The translations under genes and the position numbers were made by a program. 63,577 bases of DNA from a virus (lineage: Duplodnaviria; Caudoviricetes), in IMG/VR virus record IMGVR_UViG_3300032232_000301, positions 1-63,577 of that record; one strand, given 5' to 3'. The notes beneath the pieces were generated by a model. It had not been told where the DNA came from and searched no databases. It saw only the letters and a list, made by a program, of their open reading frames with translations. The first letter of the stretch is position 1. Each line of letters begins with the position of its first letter. This document shows positions 38,937 to 47,885 of this stretch, piece after piece.

Positions 38937-39142
38937 TTCTTCATACTCCTGATGTAAGCGGAAAAACTACCTATCGTATCTGGCCCAAATGCTTTGAACT
39001 TCTCGATCTCTTTTGCAACTTCTTCTAATACTGTATTACGCTGTGATGGGGATACATAAACATCGTAGTGATAGGGTTGCCCTTTCATGGCGTTCTCACG
39101 ATCAATGCGCTCGAACTCATCGTCTTCTTCGGTGTGAATCAT
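38933..39142 (-). CDS. Hypothetical protein
   Basis: ATGA-coupled; RNTVLEEVAKEIEK motif. Confidence 0.7.
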   Translation of the reverse strand: MIHTEEDDEFERIDRENAMKGQPYHYDVYVSPSQRNTVLEEVAKEIEKFKAFGPDTIGSFSAYIRSMKK

Positions 39143-39366
39143 GTGTTCTTCTCCTTGAGTTTGGCGGGGTCGGTTGAAAACTTAGCGTCACCTGTAGCAA
39201 CCCAATAGCCTTCACGATAGCCCTCGTAGTGAGCCAGCCATCTGCCGTTTAATTCTTTCTCACTCATGTGGTCAGCTTCTCCTAGATTCATGGCCTCGAT
39301 GTAAGCGGTCTTGCGGTTAGTTGCATACCTTGCGGCATCTGTATGTAGTAGTTCTGCGGGTGTCAT
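39139..39366 (-). CDS. Hypothetical protein ending AKLKEKNT
   Basis: ATGA-coupled. Confidence 0.7.
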   Translation of the reverse strand: MTPAELLHTDAARYATNRKTAYIEAMNLGEADHMSEKELNGRWLAHYEGYREGYWVATGDAKFSTDPAKLKEKNT

Positions 39367-39584
39367 GTGTTGCGCTCCTTTAATGCTTTTTCAATGGCTT
39401 TGATAAGAGACTTAAGATCGCCTCCGTCCCAATCAATTTCATCTTCATCCGTCAGCCCTACCCATGTGCGCTGTTGTTGTAAAGCCTCCATCATTTGTGG
39501 CGTAATACCGCACATCCAACCGTTATCAGAAGGCCAAAAGCGCAAGACGTAACCACCAATCAAAATTTCTTTAAATGCGGTCAT
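39363..39584 (-). CDS. Hypothetical protein with WVGLTDE...ALKERNT module
   Basis: Start at ATG 39584 overlapping the upstream stop. Confidence 0.65.
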   Translation of the reverse strand: MTAFKEILIGGYVLRFWPSDNGWMCGITPQMMEALQQQRTWVGLTDEDEIDWDGGDLKSLIKAIEKALKERNT

Positions 39585-39670
39585 TTGTTGCCCCAAAATA
39601 TAAAAACCAAATAATTTACAAACAATTGAATTGCTATACCCAACATAATTAAAGCAAAATCACGAATCAT
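39581..39670 (-). CDS. 29-aa single-TM peptide
   Basis: MIRDFALIIVGIAIQLFVNYLVFIFWGNK; ATGA overlaps at both ends. Confidence 0.55.
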   Translation of the reverse strand: MIRDFALIMLGIAIQLFVNYLVFIFWGNK

Positions 39671-39822
39671 GTATTCTTCTCCTTGAGTTTGGCTTCAATG
39701 GCTTCGGCAAATTCAAAACGATCTGCATACGGCATCGTATTGCTAAGCGCAAACACCTCTTCCTTAGTCAGCCCCCTCCAAGGGCGAACGTAGTCTTGAA
39801 TGTCATCGTCATCTTGTGTCAT
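39667..39822 (-). CDS. 51-aa protein with WRGLT...EAKLKEKNT module
   Basis: Read from sequence; ATGA overlaps at both ends. Confidence 0.65.
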   Translation of the reverse strand: MTQDDDDIQDYVRPWRGLTKEEVFALSNTMPYADRFEFAEAIEAKLKEKNT

Positions 39823-39998
39823 ACCTTCTCCTCATCAAGTTTGGTTTCAATCTTCCGCTTGACTTGAAATGCGTAATACATTTCGTCGCACACCTTGACC
39901 CACGCCTCACGCTCATGCTCAATAGCCACCTTTACCGCTTGATAATGATCTGAGGCTTTAATCCACAATTCACCATCGAGTTCTTTTGCTTCAATCAT
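39819..39998 (-). CDS. 59-aa hypothetical protein
   Basis: MIEAKELDGELW...EREAWVKVCD; ATGA overlaps at both ends. Confidence 0.6.
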   Translation of the reverse strand: MIEAKELDGELWIKASDHYQAVKVAIEHEREAWVKVCDEMYYAFQVKRKIETKLDEEKV

Positions 39999-40333
39999 GC
40001 TTGCCCCCTTGCTCGGATGGCTACGGCACAGGCTTCAGCCAAGTTGTACGGCGTCCCATCATTTGTCTGCTCACAAACCTTTGCACACGCCTCACGCTCG
40101 GCTAGGATTGCGTCATCAAGACGCTGTTTAAACGCTCCAAGAACCCAGTCAACAAATACCTTGCCGCTCTCAGAGAGTTCGCCTTCAAAGTGCATCTTGC
40201 CTTCGTTAAAGTCAAACGAGCCAACTTCTTTGCCTTCTTTGTGAAAGTGCAACATATAGTTTGGGTGTGTATTTCCAACCAACAAACCAACTTTACTTGT
40301 TGGGTAGTTAATTTCAGTAGATTCTTGTGTCAT
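39995..40333 (-). CDS. Hypothetical protein with EREACAKVCE...AIRARG module
   Basis: ATGA-coupled. Confidence 0.7.
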   Translation of the reverse strand: MTQESTEINYPTSKVGLLVGNTHPNYMLHFHKEGKEVGSFDFNEGKMHFEGELSESGKVFVDWVLGAFKQRLDDAILAEREACAKVCEQTNDGTPYNLAEACAVAIRARGQA

Positions 40334-40428
40334 CTCGGTGCATCCTCGTAGTTGTCAGGGTTGAACTTCGGCTCTCGCTTGTCGTTCTTGTCCTTCGGGT
40401 TTGGGAACGGGGGGAACGGCCATGTCAT
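40330..40428 (-). CDS. 32-aa peptide
   Basis: MTWPFPPFPNPKDK...EDAPR; ATGA overlaps at both ends. Confidence 0.55.
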   Translation of the reverse strand: MTWPFPPFPNPKDKNDKREPKFNPDNYEDAPR

Positions 40429-40619
40429 TCTCCAAGCTCCGCAAATATTTCGTTAAGGATTGTTTTGACTTGGCTGACCATTTCGGCTTTGGGTGCGGGC
40501 GCTGACATGACCATCTTGATACTTGCCAGCGCCTTGTACATAGCCTGACCCTTCAATGCAAACAATAACTTGTCCTCATCGTCGGGGTAGTCAAACTCCA
40601 GTACGGCTTTTGATTTCAT
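40425..40619 (-). CDS. Hypothetical protein
   Basis: MKSKAVLEFDYPDD; coupled to neighbours. Confidence 0.7.
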   Translation of the reverse strand: MKSKAVLEFDYPDDEDKLLFALKGQAMYKALASIKMVMSAPAPKAEMVSQVKTILNEIFAELGE

Positions 40620-41152
40620 TGAGCGCCAATCTCACGCTTGAGATACCACAACGCCTTCTCTAAGTCTTGCGTACGGTTGCCCTTTAGGTCTGCACGGGTG
40701 ATGTACTTCACGACGTTGCCCAAGTTATAACCCAGCTTCTTGGCTTCAATGAAATCAATCGTCTCAATACCGCCCGCTTTGTAATGAGCAGGGTGGTTCA
40801 CTGGGTCTGCGGGTGGCTCGATCTCCATGATAGCCGGACGACCCCTTGTCAACTCAAACGTAATCTCAGCTAAACGCTTGGGCGTTACATGCTCAACTGA
40901 ATCTTCGTACACGGGGATGTGCGGTGCAATGTGCTCCATGATAGATTTGTTGGTCGTAAACATTTTTGTTGCCCACGCAGATTTTTTAACCGCTTTTGGA
41001 ATCGCAACGCCTTTCTTTTTGAGGTTCCATTTGAGAGACGACACATAGCCGCTCTTTACCCCAAACTTTTTAGCGACTTCGCCAGAGGGGGCGGTTGGGT
41101 TAGACTCAATGTACGCATTGATCTGCGCTGTTTTACTTAGCTTTTTAGCCAT
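40616..41152 (-). CDS. HTH plus DUF3310 (SaV/T7 gp1.7-like) domain protein
   Basis: DPVNHPAHY...ETIDFI...GNVVKYITRA...QDLEKALWYL; N-terminal EVAKKFGVK. Confidence 0.8.
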   Translation of the reverse strand: MAKKLSKTAQINAYIESNPTAPSGEVAKKFGVKSGYVSSLKWNLKKKGVAIPKAVKKSAWATKMFTTNKSIMEHIAPHIPVYEDSVEHVTPKRLAEITFELTRGRPAIMEIEPPADPVNHPAHYKAGGIETIDFIEAKKLGYNLGNVVKYITRADLKGNRTQDLEKALWYLKREIGAQ

Positions 41153-41819
41153 TTTTGCTTCCTTGGTTGTGAACACATGATGTGACTGGACACCAGCCAC
41201 GGCAAGTAAAGTTGGGTTTCGCGTTCCATACATCGTTCTCGATAGAGGATTGCAGCTGCCCAACCTCTGATATCCACGGAGTCCAAGCTTCGTCTTGGTT
41301 ATCCTGTGAATAGTCAGCCTTTACAAAGTCATCAGCGAACAGGAACAACAAGCCCGCTTTGACTTTCTTAACTTGTGGAAAGTGCTTGAAGATCGCAAGC
41401 GACAGCACTTCTAATTGTTTGAGGTCAGCGTACTGACTCTTCTTGCCCGTCTTGTAGTCGATGGTCAGGGCACGATCACCTTGCAAGATAATGATGTCAG
41501 CGATGCCACGCCACCACACTTTCTTGTCGAAGAACCCGCAAGGCTCAAGGTTAGCCGTTAACCCAAGCTTGTTCTCGCACAGCTTCTCGCCTTCCATGTT
41601 GCGGATAGACTCAAGCGCTGGCTCAATCTCTTTGTATTGCGCTGGAATAGGTACACCCTTACCAACGTATTCTTCAGCAATCTTATGAATGGTGTTGCCA
41701 AACACAATCGCCTCGCCCAATGGCTCTTTGATATCCTTGGCTACCTTGAGGTGGTAGTACTTCTTGGGACATTGTTGGTACAGCGATAAGCTACTGTACG
41801 ACCATGTGATATTTGCCAT
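41145..41819 (-). CDS. Cas4-like PD-(D/E)XK exonuclease
   Basis: WSYSSL...QCPKKY, GIAD, IDYKTG, C-terminal CRGWCPVTSC Fe-S ligands. Confidence 0.85.
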   Translation of the reverse strand: MANITWSYSSLSLYQQCPKKYYHLKVAKDIKEPLGEAIVFGNTIHKIAEEYVGKGVPIPAQYKEIEPALESIRNMEGEKLCENKLGLTANLEPCGFFDKKVWWRGIADIIILQGDRALTIDYKTGKKSQYADLKQLEVLSLAIFKHFPQVKKVKAGLLFLFADDFVKADYSQDNQDEAWTPWISEVGQLQSSIENDVWNAKPNFTCRGWCPVTSCVHNQGSKNG

Positions 41820-43645
41820 TAGCAATCTCCATAATTTTGAGCCATGCCTGACTCACAGTCCAGAGGCAATCCCTGCGCCCATGCAGGGGGAGTCCTCATA
41901 CATTCTTCGATATACGCCCGCGCCTCGAGAGCCTCGTCTTCGAGTACAACGCAAGCGATCGCATCATGCACAGTCAGCACTGCGCGATAACGCTTCTCGA
42001 TCTCGATCATCTGTGCGCCAATGATGCAACGGGCAACGGCTTGGCAAAGGTTCTCTGCTACCTTGCCGCCATAAATCTTGTTCGGCCCCATGCGTGTCTG
42101 ATAGGTGTAATCGCCATTGCTGTGGCGGGCTAACTCGGGGTAGTTCTGCATCAATCCATTCGGTAAACTAATACCTGTAAACGGCTCAAGCGTCATCAAT
42201 CCCTGCCTGTCCACCTCGGACGGCTTGTTGTGCAACATGAACTCAAGCACTTGGGTCAGATGGTTCCACCATCCTGCGATCGCTGGGTTGGCAAGGCGAT
42301 ACTGCTTAATGATGAACTTGCACATGTCAAGGTCTAGGTTCTTGCCCATCGTAGACAGTTGGGCTTGGAACTTAACACCGCCCATGCCGTAACCCGCGCC
42401 AAGCACAGTGGTCTTACCAATGAAGCGTTGCTCAGGGGTAACGTTGTCTATGTCAAAAACACCAAAGATGCTAGCCGCCATATGGCGATACACGTCTTGT
42501 TTCGTAGCGAACAGTTTCAAAACATTGGTCTGCCCCGCCAGCCACGCCAACACCCGCGCCTCAATCTGCGACGAGTCACAGTCGATGATGACATGCCCGC
42601 GAGGTGCAACGATACAGCGCTTGAGCTTGCCGCCCTCTGTGCCACGGCTAGGCAGGTTCTGCAGGTTCACCTTGTCCGAGCCACCCCACCGACCCGTGTG
42701 GGCCGCATAGTATTTCAACGGAATAGGCAGACGACGAAGAGCTCCGCCGATATGCCCGCGACGAGCGATACTGATAAAGCGCTCTGTACGTGTCTCTTCA
42801 AGCGTAGACTTAGCGCCAACCCGTGCGGCAACAAGGGCTTGCACGGCCTCATTCGGATGCTCAAGCAGTGCCATAAACTCAGCGTCACTCTTGGCAAAGG
42901 CGTAGGTGTCCTTGCCCGTAGCCGGACTGATCTTCATGGGTGGGCGCACATTGTTAGCTTCCAACAATTCTGCAAACTTGGCGCTACTGTTAAGGACTTC
43001 CTTCGTGATCTTGGCTTCGACGAACAGCTTCTCTTTGCGTTCCTTCACCTCAACCAAGTGCGATTCGAGTTTGTCCACATCGAGTTCAAGCAACGGGTCG
43101 CTGAACATACGAATCGTAATGTCGATCAACCGCTTCTCTATCGTAGGGAAGCTAGACATCTCGTTGTACAGTTTGTAGGTCAGCTCCACGTCGTTCTTAC
43201 AATACTCTCCGTATTGCGTAAGTTGGTCAACGGGAAAGTCTTCACGACGCAAGCCCCGTGCATCATGCACCTCTAAACCTTTTACGCCAAGGCCAAAGTG
43301 CTCAACCAACTTGGCAAGGCTTCCGCCCACAGTCGTACCAAACATTGCTCTAGCCATAGACAGGGTATCAAGCCACGCTTTGGGTTTCTGCCCAAACACC
43401 CACGTCAAAATTGCCGCATCAAAGATTGCGTTATGGGCTAGCACGAAGTGATTGCCCCAATCAAACTGCGCCAACCACTCAGCCGTTTCTTGCAGATCAC
43501 CGGAAAACCACTGGGCAGGTTCGGAATTAACCTTGACCGCTACACCGATCACCTGAAACTGCGGGTCACGCACATATTCCTCCGTCGTCAGACGGGTTAA
43601 AGAATACTCGCGACTATAAAAAGTCTCGAAGTCGATCGTGATCAT
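41819..43645 (-). CDS. polA: Family A DNA polymerase with 3'-5' exonuclease
   Basis: IDFET, AHNAIFD, YCKNDV; DSSQIEAR (motif A), KTTVLGAGYG (motif B), TVHDA (motif C). Confidence 0.92.
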   Translation of the reverse strand: MITIDFETFYSREYSLTRLTTEEYVRDPQFQVIGVAVKVNSEPAQWFSGDLQETAEWLAQFDWGNHFVLAHNAIFDAAILTWVFGQKPKAWLDTLSMARAMFGTTVGGSLAKLVEHFGLGVKGLEVHDARGLRREDFPVDQLTQYGEYCKNDVELTYKLYNEMSSFPTIEKRLIDITIRMFSDPLLELDVDKLESHLVEVKERKEKLFVEAKITKEVLNSSAKFAELLEANNVRPPMKISPATGKDTYAFAKSDAEFMALLEHPNEAVQALVAARVGAKSTLEETRTERFISIARRGHIGGALRRLPIPLKYYAAHTGRWGGSDKVNLQNLPSRGTEGGKLKRCIVAPRGHVIIDCDSSQIEARVLAWLAGQTNVLKLFATKQDVYRHMAASIFGVFDIDNVTPEQRFIGKTTVLGAGYGMGGVKFQAQLSTMGKNLDLDMCKFIIKQYRLANPAIAGWWNHLTQVLEFMLHNKPSEVDRQGLMTLEPFTGISLPNGLMQNYPELARHSNGDYTYQTRMGPNKIYGGKVAENLCQAVARCIIGAQMIEIEKRYRAVLTVHDAIACVVLEDEALEARAYIEECMRTPPAWAQGLPLDCESGMAQNYGDC

Positions 43646-43998
43646 GCGGTTGTGGCTCGGGGTTTGACGACTACGCGCTTGCCCTGTGAGGCGGTGATGG
43701 TTGTTCCGGCCATACCGTTGTCTATTGCCGCCCGCAACTTGGCGTTGATGTCCGTGTTGATGTTGTACTGACCTTGCTCAATGATGATCTCTTCCATGAT
43801 GCGGTTCAAGTCACTTACACGCCTAACCCGTTTATAAACGCGACCGATCACATAACGCTCAAAACGCGAAAGCTTCAGTTCGCTAAGCACATCCCCGATC
43901 TTTCTCAGGGAACGGGCATCAATTTCTTGTGTCTCTAGTTTTTCCATCAGCGCCTTGAGTTGATCACAGACAAAGGGGCGTAGTAGTTTGTCAATCAT
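43642..43998 (-). CDS. Hypothetical protein
   Basis: ATGA overlaps at both ends. Confidence 0.7.
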   Translation of the reverse strand: MIDKLLRPFVCDQLKALMEKLETQEIDARSLRKIGDVLSELKLSRFERYVIGRVYKRVRRVSDLNRIMEEIIIEQGQYNINTDINAKLRAAIDNGMAGTTITASQGKRVVVKPRATTA

Positions 43999-44300
43999 GG
44001 TTGGGCTTCCTTTAGTTGTTGTAGTACTGCTTCTACTTGTTCAATGTTTGTTTCGTTGATCACAAGCGCGTAGCCACCCGCGCTCTCAATGGCGCTAAGT
44101 TCTCTGCGTTGCAATGCTGTTGTGATATTCTTGCCCGCCTTGCATTCGATAGCTATGAACTGCCCGCGATAGCATGCAATGATATCGGGTATTCCAGCTC
44201 GACCGAAGCCGTTACTAGCGGGGAAAAAGAAGTATGCCTCATACTTTCTAAGTATGTCTGATACTTTGCGTTTTACTCTGGTTTCGGGTGTAAGTGCCAT
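43995..44300 (-). CDS. VRR-NUC / Holliday-junction-resolvase-like nuclease
   Basis: TPETRVK...GIPDII...AIECKAG...LQ; start set to MALTPE. Confidence 0.85.
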   Translation of the reverse strand: MALTPETRVKRKVSDILRKYEAYFFFPASNGFGRAGIPDIIACYRGQFIAIECKAGKNITTALQRRELSAIESAGGYALVINETNIEQVEAVLQQLKEAQP

Positions 44301-44306
44301 ACCTCT

Positions 44307-44334
44307 AATGTATAGCATTACTGGACTATGTCAA
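44307..44334 (-). promoter_or_regulatory. Sigma70-type promoter of the replication operon
   Basis: TTGACA-16 bp-TACATT. Confidence 0.55.
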
Positions 44335-44380
44335 GTCTTTTATGAGATTTATTTGCTAGGTGTTAACACTTAGTAACAAG

Positions 44381-44409
44381 GGAATCATCGACAACTTGTC
44401 GACTATTCC
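44381..44409. repeat. 29-bp dyad, copy 1
   Basis: GGAA tca TCGACA act TGTCGA cta TTCC. Confidence 0.9.
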
Positions 44410-44415
44410 ATAGGC

Positions 44416-44441
44416 AAAAAAAGACCCGCACTAGGCGGGTC
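44416..44441 (-). terminator. Intrinsic terminator of the early operon
   Basis: GACCCGC/GCGGGTC stem with U7 on the - strand. Confidence 0.8.
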
Positions 44442-44459
44442 AATTTGTTTAGTTAACTA

Positions 44460-45314
44460 CTACTTCTCTAGTATCAGGAAGTTAGTATCGTTGAGGCGAT
44501 AGCCTACGTCATCTACAAGTTCACCATCTTCCATCAGTTGTAGTACACCGATAGAGTTCTGCATGTACTCGGGTAGTTCATCAAACGCTTTGTACTCCAT
44601 CTCGCCCGTGTGGGGTCTGATAAGAAACGCATTGTTGTGATGCACTACTGCCTTGTACTTCAGCTTCTCCATCTTCTCAGCAAGCATACACTCGGACATC
44701 GCCTTGTGATACTTGTCAGATGTGAAGTGTTGCCGTATGACATCCGCGCCCGCTGGGTCTGTCTCACCATTCATGATCTGATACAAGAACTTCTGCATCA
44801 GTGTCTGATTAGGCCCCATCTGGTTGTTATGAATAGGGCGGAGTAGATCACGCAAAGAGTGAAAGAGCCCATGCTGTAACTCAGAGTGCGCCTTATCCAT
44901 GATCTCTGTCATGTTCTGCGGTACGAAATGTTTCTTCGCAAGTCGAGCCGCGCCCGTTATCTTGTTAGTAGATGACGTGTTGGTAGAACCGCGTTGGTTC
45001 TCAATACGCCACGACTTAATACAGTACACAACATCGCTGTTCCTATTGCGGTATCTCCTATCCAAGTATAGTTCACCGAGTAGTTCTGGGCCCTTGTACA
45101 CCTTCAGCTTGCTAAGAAACTGAGAGCCCTCCGGTGCGGTAATACCCCGATCGCATATAGAAGTTTTAGCTGAGGCGTAGTTCAGATCATTAGGCGCTAT
45201 ACCCTTGGTGGTAAAGGTAAAGGCTGGCATGTCTAACGCGAGCTTGTTCACAAGTTCCACGAGCATAGGCTCGAGCACGAGGTTGGGTGGTAGTTGAATG
45301 TTTGCAAATGCCAT
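44460..45314 (-). CDS. Hypothetical early protein
   Basis: 284-aa ORF with ELPE...IGVLQL...DVGYR C-terminus. Confidence 0.75.
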   Translation of the reverse strand: MAFANIQLPPNLVLEPMLVELVNKLALDMPAFTFTTKGIAPNDLNYASAKTSICDRGITAPEGSQFLSKLKVYKGPELLGELYLDRRYRNRNSDVVYCIKSWRIENQRGSTNTSSTNKITGAARLAKKHFVPQNMTEIMDKAHSELQHGLFHSLRDLLRPIHNNQMGPNQTLMQKFLYQIMNGETDPAGADVIRQHFTSDKYHKAMSECMLAEKMEKLKYKAVVHHNNAFLIRPHTGEMEYKAFDELPEYMQNSIGVLQLMEDGELVDDVGYRLNDTNFLILEK

Positions 45315-45319
45315 GTTGA

Positions 45320-46204
45320 TTACCAGTTAAATTTGTTGATGATCTCTTCGACGCTAGCCTTGAGTTCGATACGGGAACTCTCGTCAGCGCGTAGGTCCTT
45401 GATGTCTATCGTCGTCACCGCCTGCTCTAGCATACGACGAGCCTTCTCCAGCTCAGGGTCTTTGGTGACATTGAGTCGGGTCAACAGGTCGCACAGTTCC
45501 ACAGCGTTCTCTAGCAAGGAGTCACGGAAGATCTTGCGCTCCCCATCTTTCTCATCAGTTAGTCGCTCGCTCATACGGATGAGCATGGCGTGTAACCTAT
45601 CCCATGGGTCACGCATAGCTTCTTGCAGTTTGTCTTGGAACATCTTGTCGTACTGTTCTTGCAGATCAGCCTTGACACGAGCCTCGCAGTTGATGCGGAA
45701 GTCACCGCTCTCAGGCACAGGCAAGAAGTTGTACTCAAACTTGAAGCGACGAGGCAAGGTCTCTACATCGGGAAACTCATCCGCACGATAGTACTTGCCT
45801 AGCTTGAACGCTTGGTCGTTCTTGATCTGCGGGTACGCAATGATGAAGTCACTGACCAGTGCATAGAAGTTAGCTTCCATCGTACCGAGTTGCTCGCGGT
45901 ACTTAAAGAAGTTCTCCATAGGCAAGAGCCCGACACCCTTCATCCAAGGCAATGTCTGCGTTGAGTTCCAACCCCTGCACTTGGCGGCATACTTCTCAAT
46001 CTTCTTGAGGTGATCACTGCCCGCCATGAGGTACTTGTATACCGAGCCCGCATCTTGGTCAGCTTCCTTGGATGTGTTGACATCCATAGTTGTCTCGTTG
46101 TCACGCTTACGCGCAGTCCATGTACTGATGCGTAGTTCCACAAGCATAGCCATGGATGATAGGGAGACCACGGGGCCCGTGATCGTCAATGTATTCTCTG
46201 TCAT
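45320..46204 (-). CDS. DUF3150-like protein
   Basis: LVELRISTWTARKRD...TLPW...FRDSL; GGAG RBS; family from recall. Confidence 0.65.
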   Translation of the reverse strand: MTENTLTITGPVVSLSSMAMLVELRISTWTARKRDNETTMDVNTSKEADQDAGSVYKYLMAGSDHLKKIEKYAAKCRGWNSTQTLPWMKGVGLLPMENFFKYREQLGTMEANFYALVSDFIIAYPQIKNDQAFKLGKYYRADEFPDVETLPRRFKFEYNFLPVPESGDFRINCEARVKADLQEQYDKMFQDKLQEAMRDPWDRLHAMLIRMSERLTDEKDGERKIFRDSLLENAVELCDLLTRLNVTKDPELEKARRMLEQAVTTIDIKDLRADESSRIELKASVEEIINKFNW

Positions 46205-46225
46205 AGTATTCTCCTGTTTAAAAAG

Positions 46226-47275
46226 TTAAATGGAACTATCGACAACTTGTCGAAGTTTCCGTGGTACGCACTCAAGATCATGAAAGAACTTGCTGTTTGT
46301 CAGCGTAGACTTAACGCCTTTGGGCAGACGCTCAAGTCGGAACGCCTCATCCCTGTGCAGATAGGTGACGAGTTGTGTGATGTACTCGACAGCCTTTTCA
46401 GCATCTAGCTTCCTGTGATTCTGTGTGCTGACCCAGTGGTATTGGCCCGCACGATAAGCAACGACATGAAGTACTCGCACCCAATCATCGGGGTCTCCCC
46501 CCACAATCATCTCTTGCATGCGAAGGCATGCTTGCCTGTGAAAGCCTATCTGCCTGTTGTAACGACCAGTACCAAATGGTATGGCGTCTCGTGCGTATCG
46601 TTCTTCCCAATAGTCCTCACGCTCATCGGGCGATAGACTAGTAAAGTTGCTAGACATAGCCCTGTACTCCTCATTGGATGTAAACCCTAGCGATGTGGCA
46701 TAGCCCTCATACGATGGTTCTAACTCCGTCATGAGAAAGCTAGGCGCTACCGCAAGTACGACCTGCACCCACGATAAGAACGCCTCATACTGTGGCATCA
46801 GCTTCTTCACAACGCCTCGATTGGTGCGTATGTTGTACGCGACCGGTGCGTTAAGCAAGAATGATTTGCCATCCACCAACTGGAAGTCGAGTCGCCCGCC
46901 ACCACGGGGCAAGTGATACATCTCCTTGCGTGAACTGTCGGTGCAGTAGAACAAGCGACCCCTGTCCCATTGGAAGTGTTGCCCGCTAAGTGGTAGATAG
47001 TTCTCGATGTTGTCCGGTGTGTACGCAGAGTAATACTTCGGTGCAAACACAGAATAGGTATTGTCTGAGCGCCACTCGACAAGCGTAGTATCGTAGAACT
47101 TCAAGCGCACAGTGTTCGCATCAGGCATCTCAATGCTCGCCATGCAATGATGACGACGGCTACCCAATGGGCGGACATTGTCCTTGTTACCACGGATAGG
47201 TTTAGTTCTATCATGCCATAGCTTCGCGGCTTCAAAGCTCGCAAGCCTGTGCACATTTGCTGTATTCCAGCCCAT
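46226..47275 (-). CDS. Hypothetical early protein
   Basis: 349-aa ORF with RBS. Confidence 0.75.
   Translation of the reverse strand: MGWNTANVHRLASFEAAKLWHDRTKPIRGNKDNVRPLGSRRHHCMASIEMPDANTVRLKFYDTTLVEWRSDNTYSVFAPKYYSAYTPDNIENYLPLSGQHFQWDRGRLFYCTDSSRKEMYHLPRGGGRLDFQLVDGKSFLLNAPVAYNIRTNRGVVKKLMPQYEAFLSWVQVVLAVAPSFLMTELEPSYEGYATSLGFTSNEEYRAMSSNFTSLSPDEREDYWEERYARDAIPFGTGRYNRQIGFHRQACLRMQEMIVGGDPDDWVRVLHVVAYRAGQYHWVSTQNHRKLDAEKAVEYITQLVTYLHRDEAFRLERLPKGVKSTLTNSKFFHDLECVPRKLRQVVDSSI
46232..46260. repeat. 29-bp dyad, copy 2
   Basis: GGAA cta TCGACA act TGTCGA agt TTCC. Confidence 0.9.
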
Positions 47276-47276
47276 A

Positions 47277-47453
47277 TCATTTCCCCTTCAATAAAGAATG
47301 TTGAATAAAAGACATACTCTTGGAGAGCATGTGGATATCAAGCAACCGTTTCTGTTGCTCTAGTACTTGGTTGTCGTGTACACGACTACCTATATGGGGC
47401 GTATCGCCCTTCTTATAAACTACCTGTCCTTTAGCTAATACAACTAGTGGCAT
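47277..47453 (-). CDS. 58-aa hypothetical protein
   Basis: MPLVVLAKGQVVYKKGD...; fills the gap between genes. Confidence 0.45.
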   Translation of the reverse strand: MPLVVLAKGQVVYKKGDTPHIGSRVHDNQVLEQQKRLLDIHMLSKSMSFIQHSLLKGK

Positions 47454-47461
47454 ATGGTTTC

Positions 47462-47490
47462 GGAATAGTCGACACGATGTCGATTACTCC
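47462..47490. repeat. 29-bp dyad, copy 3
   Basis: GGAA tag TCGACA cga TGTCGA tta CTCC. Confidence 0.9.
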
Positions 47491-47645
47491 GCCTCCCCGT
47501 TGTAAAACGCAATCAGATGTTTGACCACCTGACCATTGGTTGGTTGAAAGCCTAGCTTAGACACGAGACCTTCCCTTACCTCTTGCAGTAACTCAAAGGT
47601 TTCTTGGTTAAGGGTGACCACAAAGTTTTGTACAGTTGGTTTCAT
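47484..47645 (-). CDS. 53-aa protein, possibly ribbon-helix-helix-like
   Basis: MKPTVQNFVVTLNQETFELLQEVREGLVSKLGFQPTNGQVVKHLI; ATGA coupling. Confidence 0.55.
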   Translation of the reverse strand: MKPTVQNFVVTLNQETFELLQEVREGLVSKLGFQPTNGQVVKHLIAFYNGEAE

Positions 47646-47884
47646 CGTCTCTGCTCCGCCTTGAGTTTCATGTTGGTCTCCACCTCAAGCTTGGTAATAG
47701 CTGTGATGGGTGTGACGTATGCCGCCTTGATATCAGGCGGACAGAACATCAACGCCTGACTGTTGTTGGAATCAATCCACTCTCGGCTAAGACGAGTGCA
47801 CGCATTGAGTGTGTCGCATACAGACAACGCCTCAGAGATACCCATGATGAACTGCTTATCACCTATGTGCAGAATAACTTCCAT
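47642..47884 (-). CDS. Hypothetical protein
   Basis: GGAGG RBS; coupled. Confidence 0.7.
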   Translation of the reverse strand: MEVILHIGDKQFIMGISEALSVCDTLNACTRLSREWIDSNNSQALMFCPPDIKAAYVTPITAITKLEVETNMKLKAEQRR

Positions 47885-47885
47885 T

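Noticed and set aside
41145-41819. Cas4-like gene as a CRISPR component
   Set aside because: Solo Cas4-like exonucleases beside phage DNA polymerases are ordinary replication/recombination genes
42359-43276. 305-aa antisense ORF in polA and other long antisense ORFs
   Set aside because: Shadow frames of real genes with no RBS or protein-like motifs
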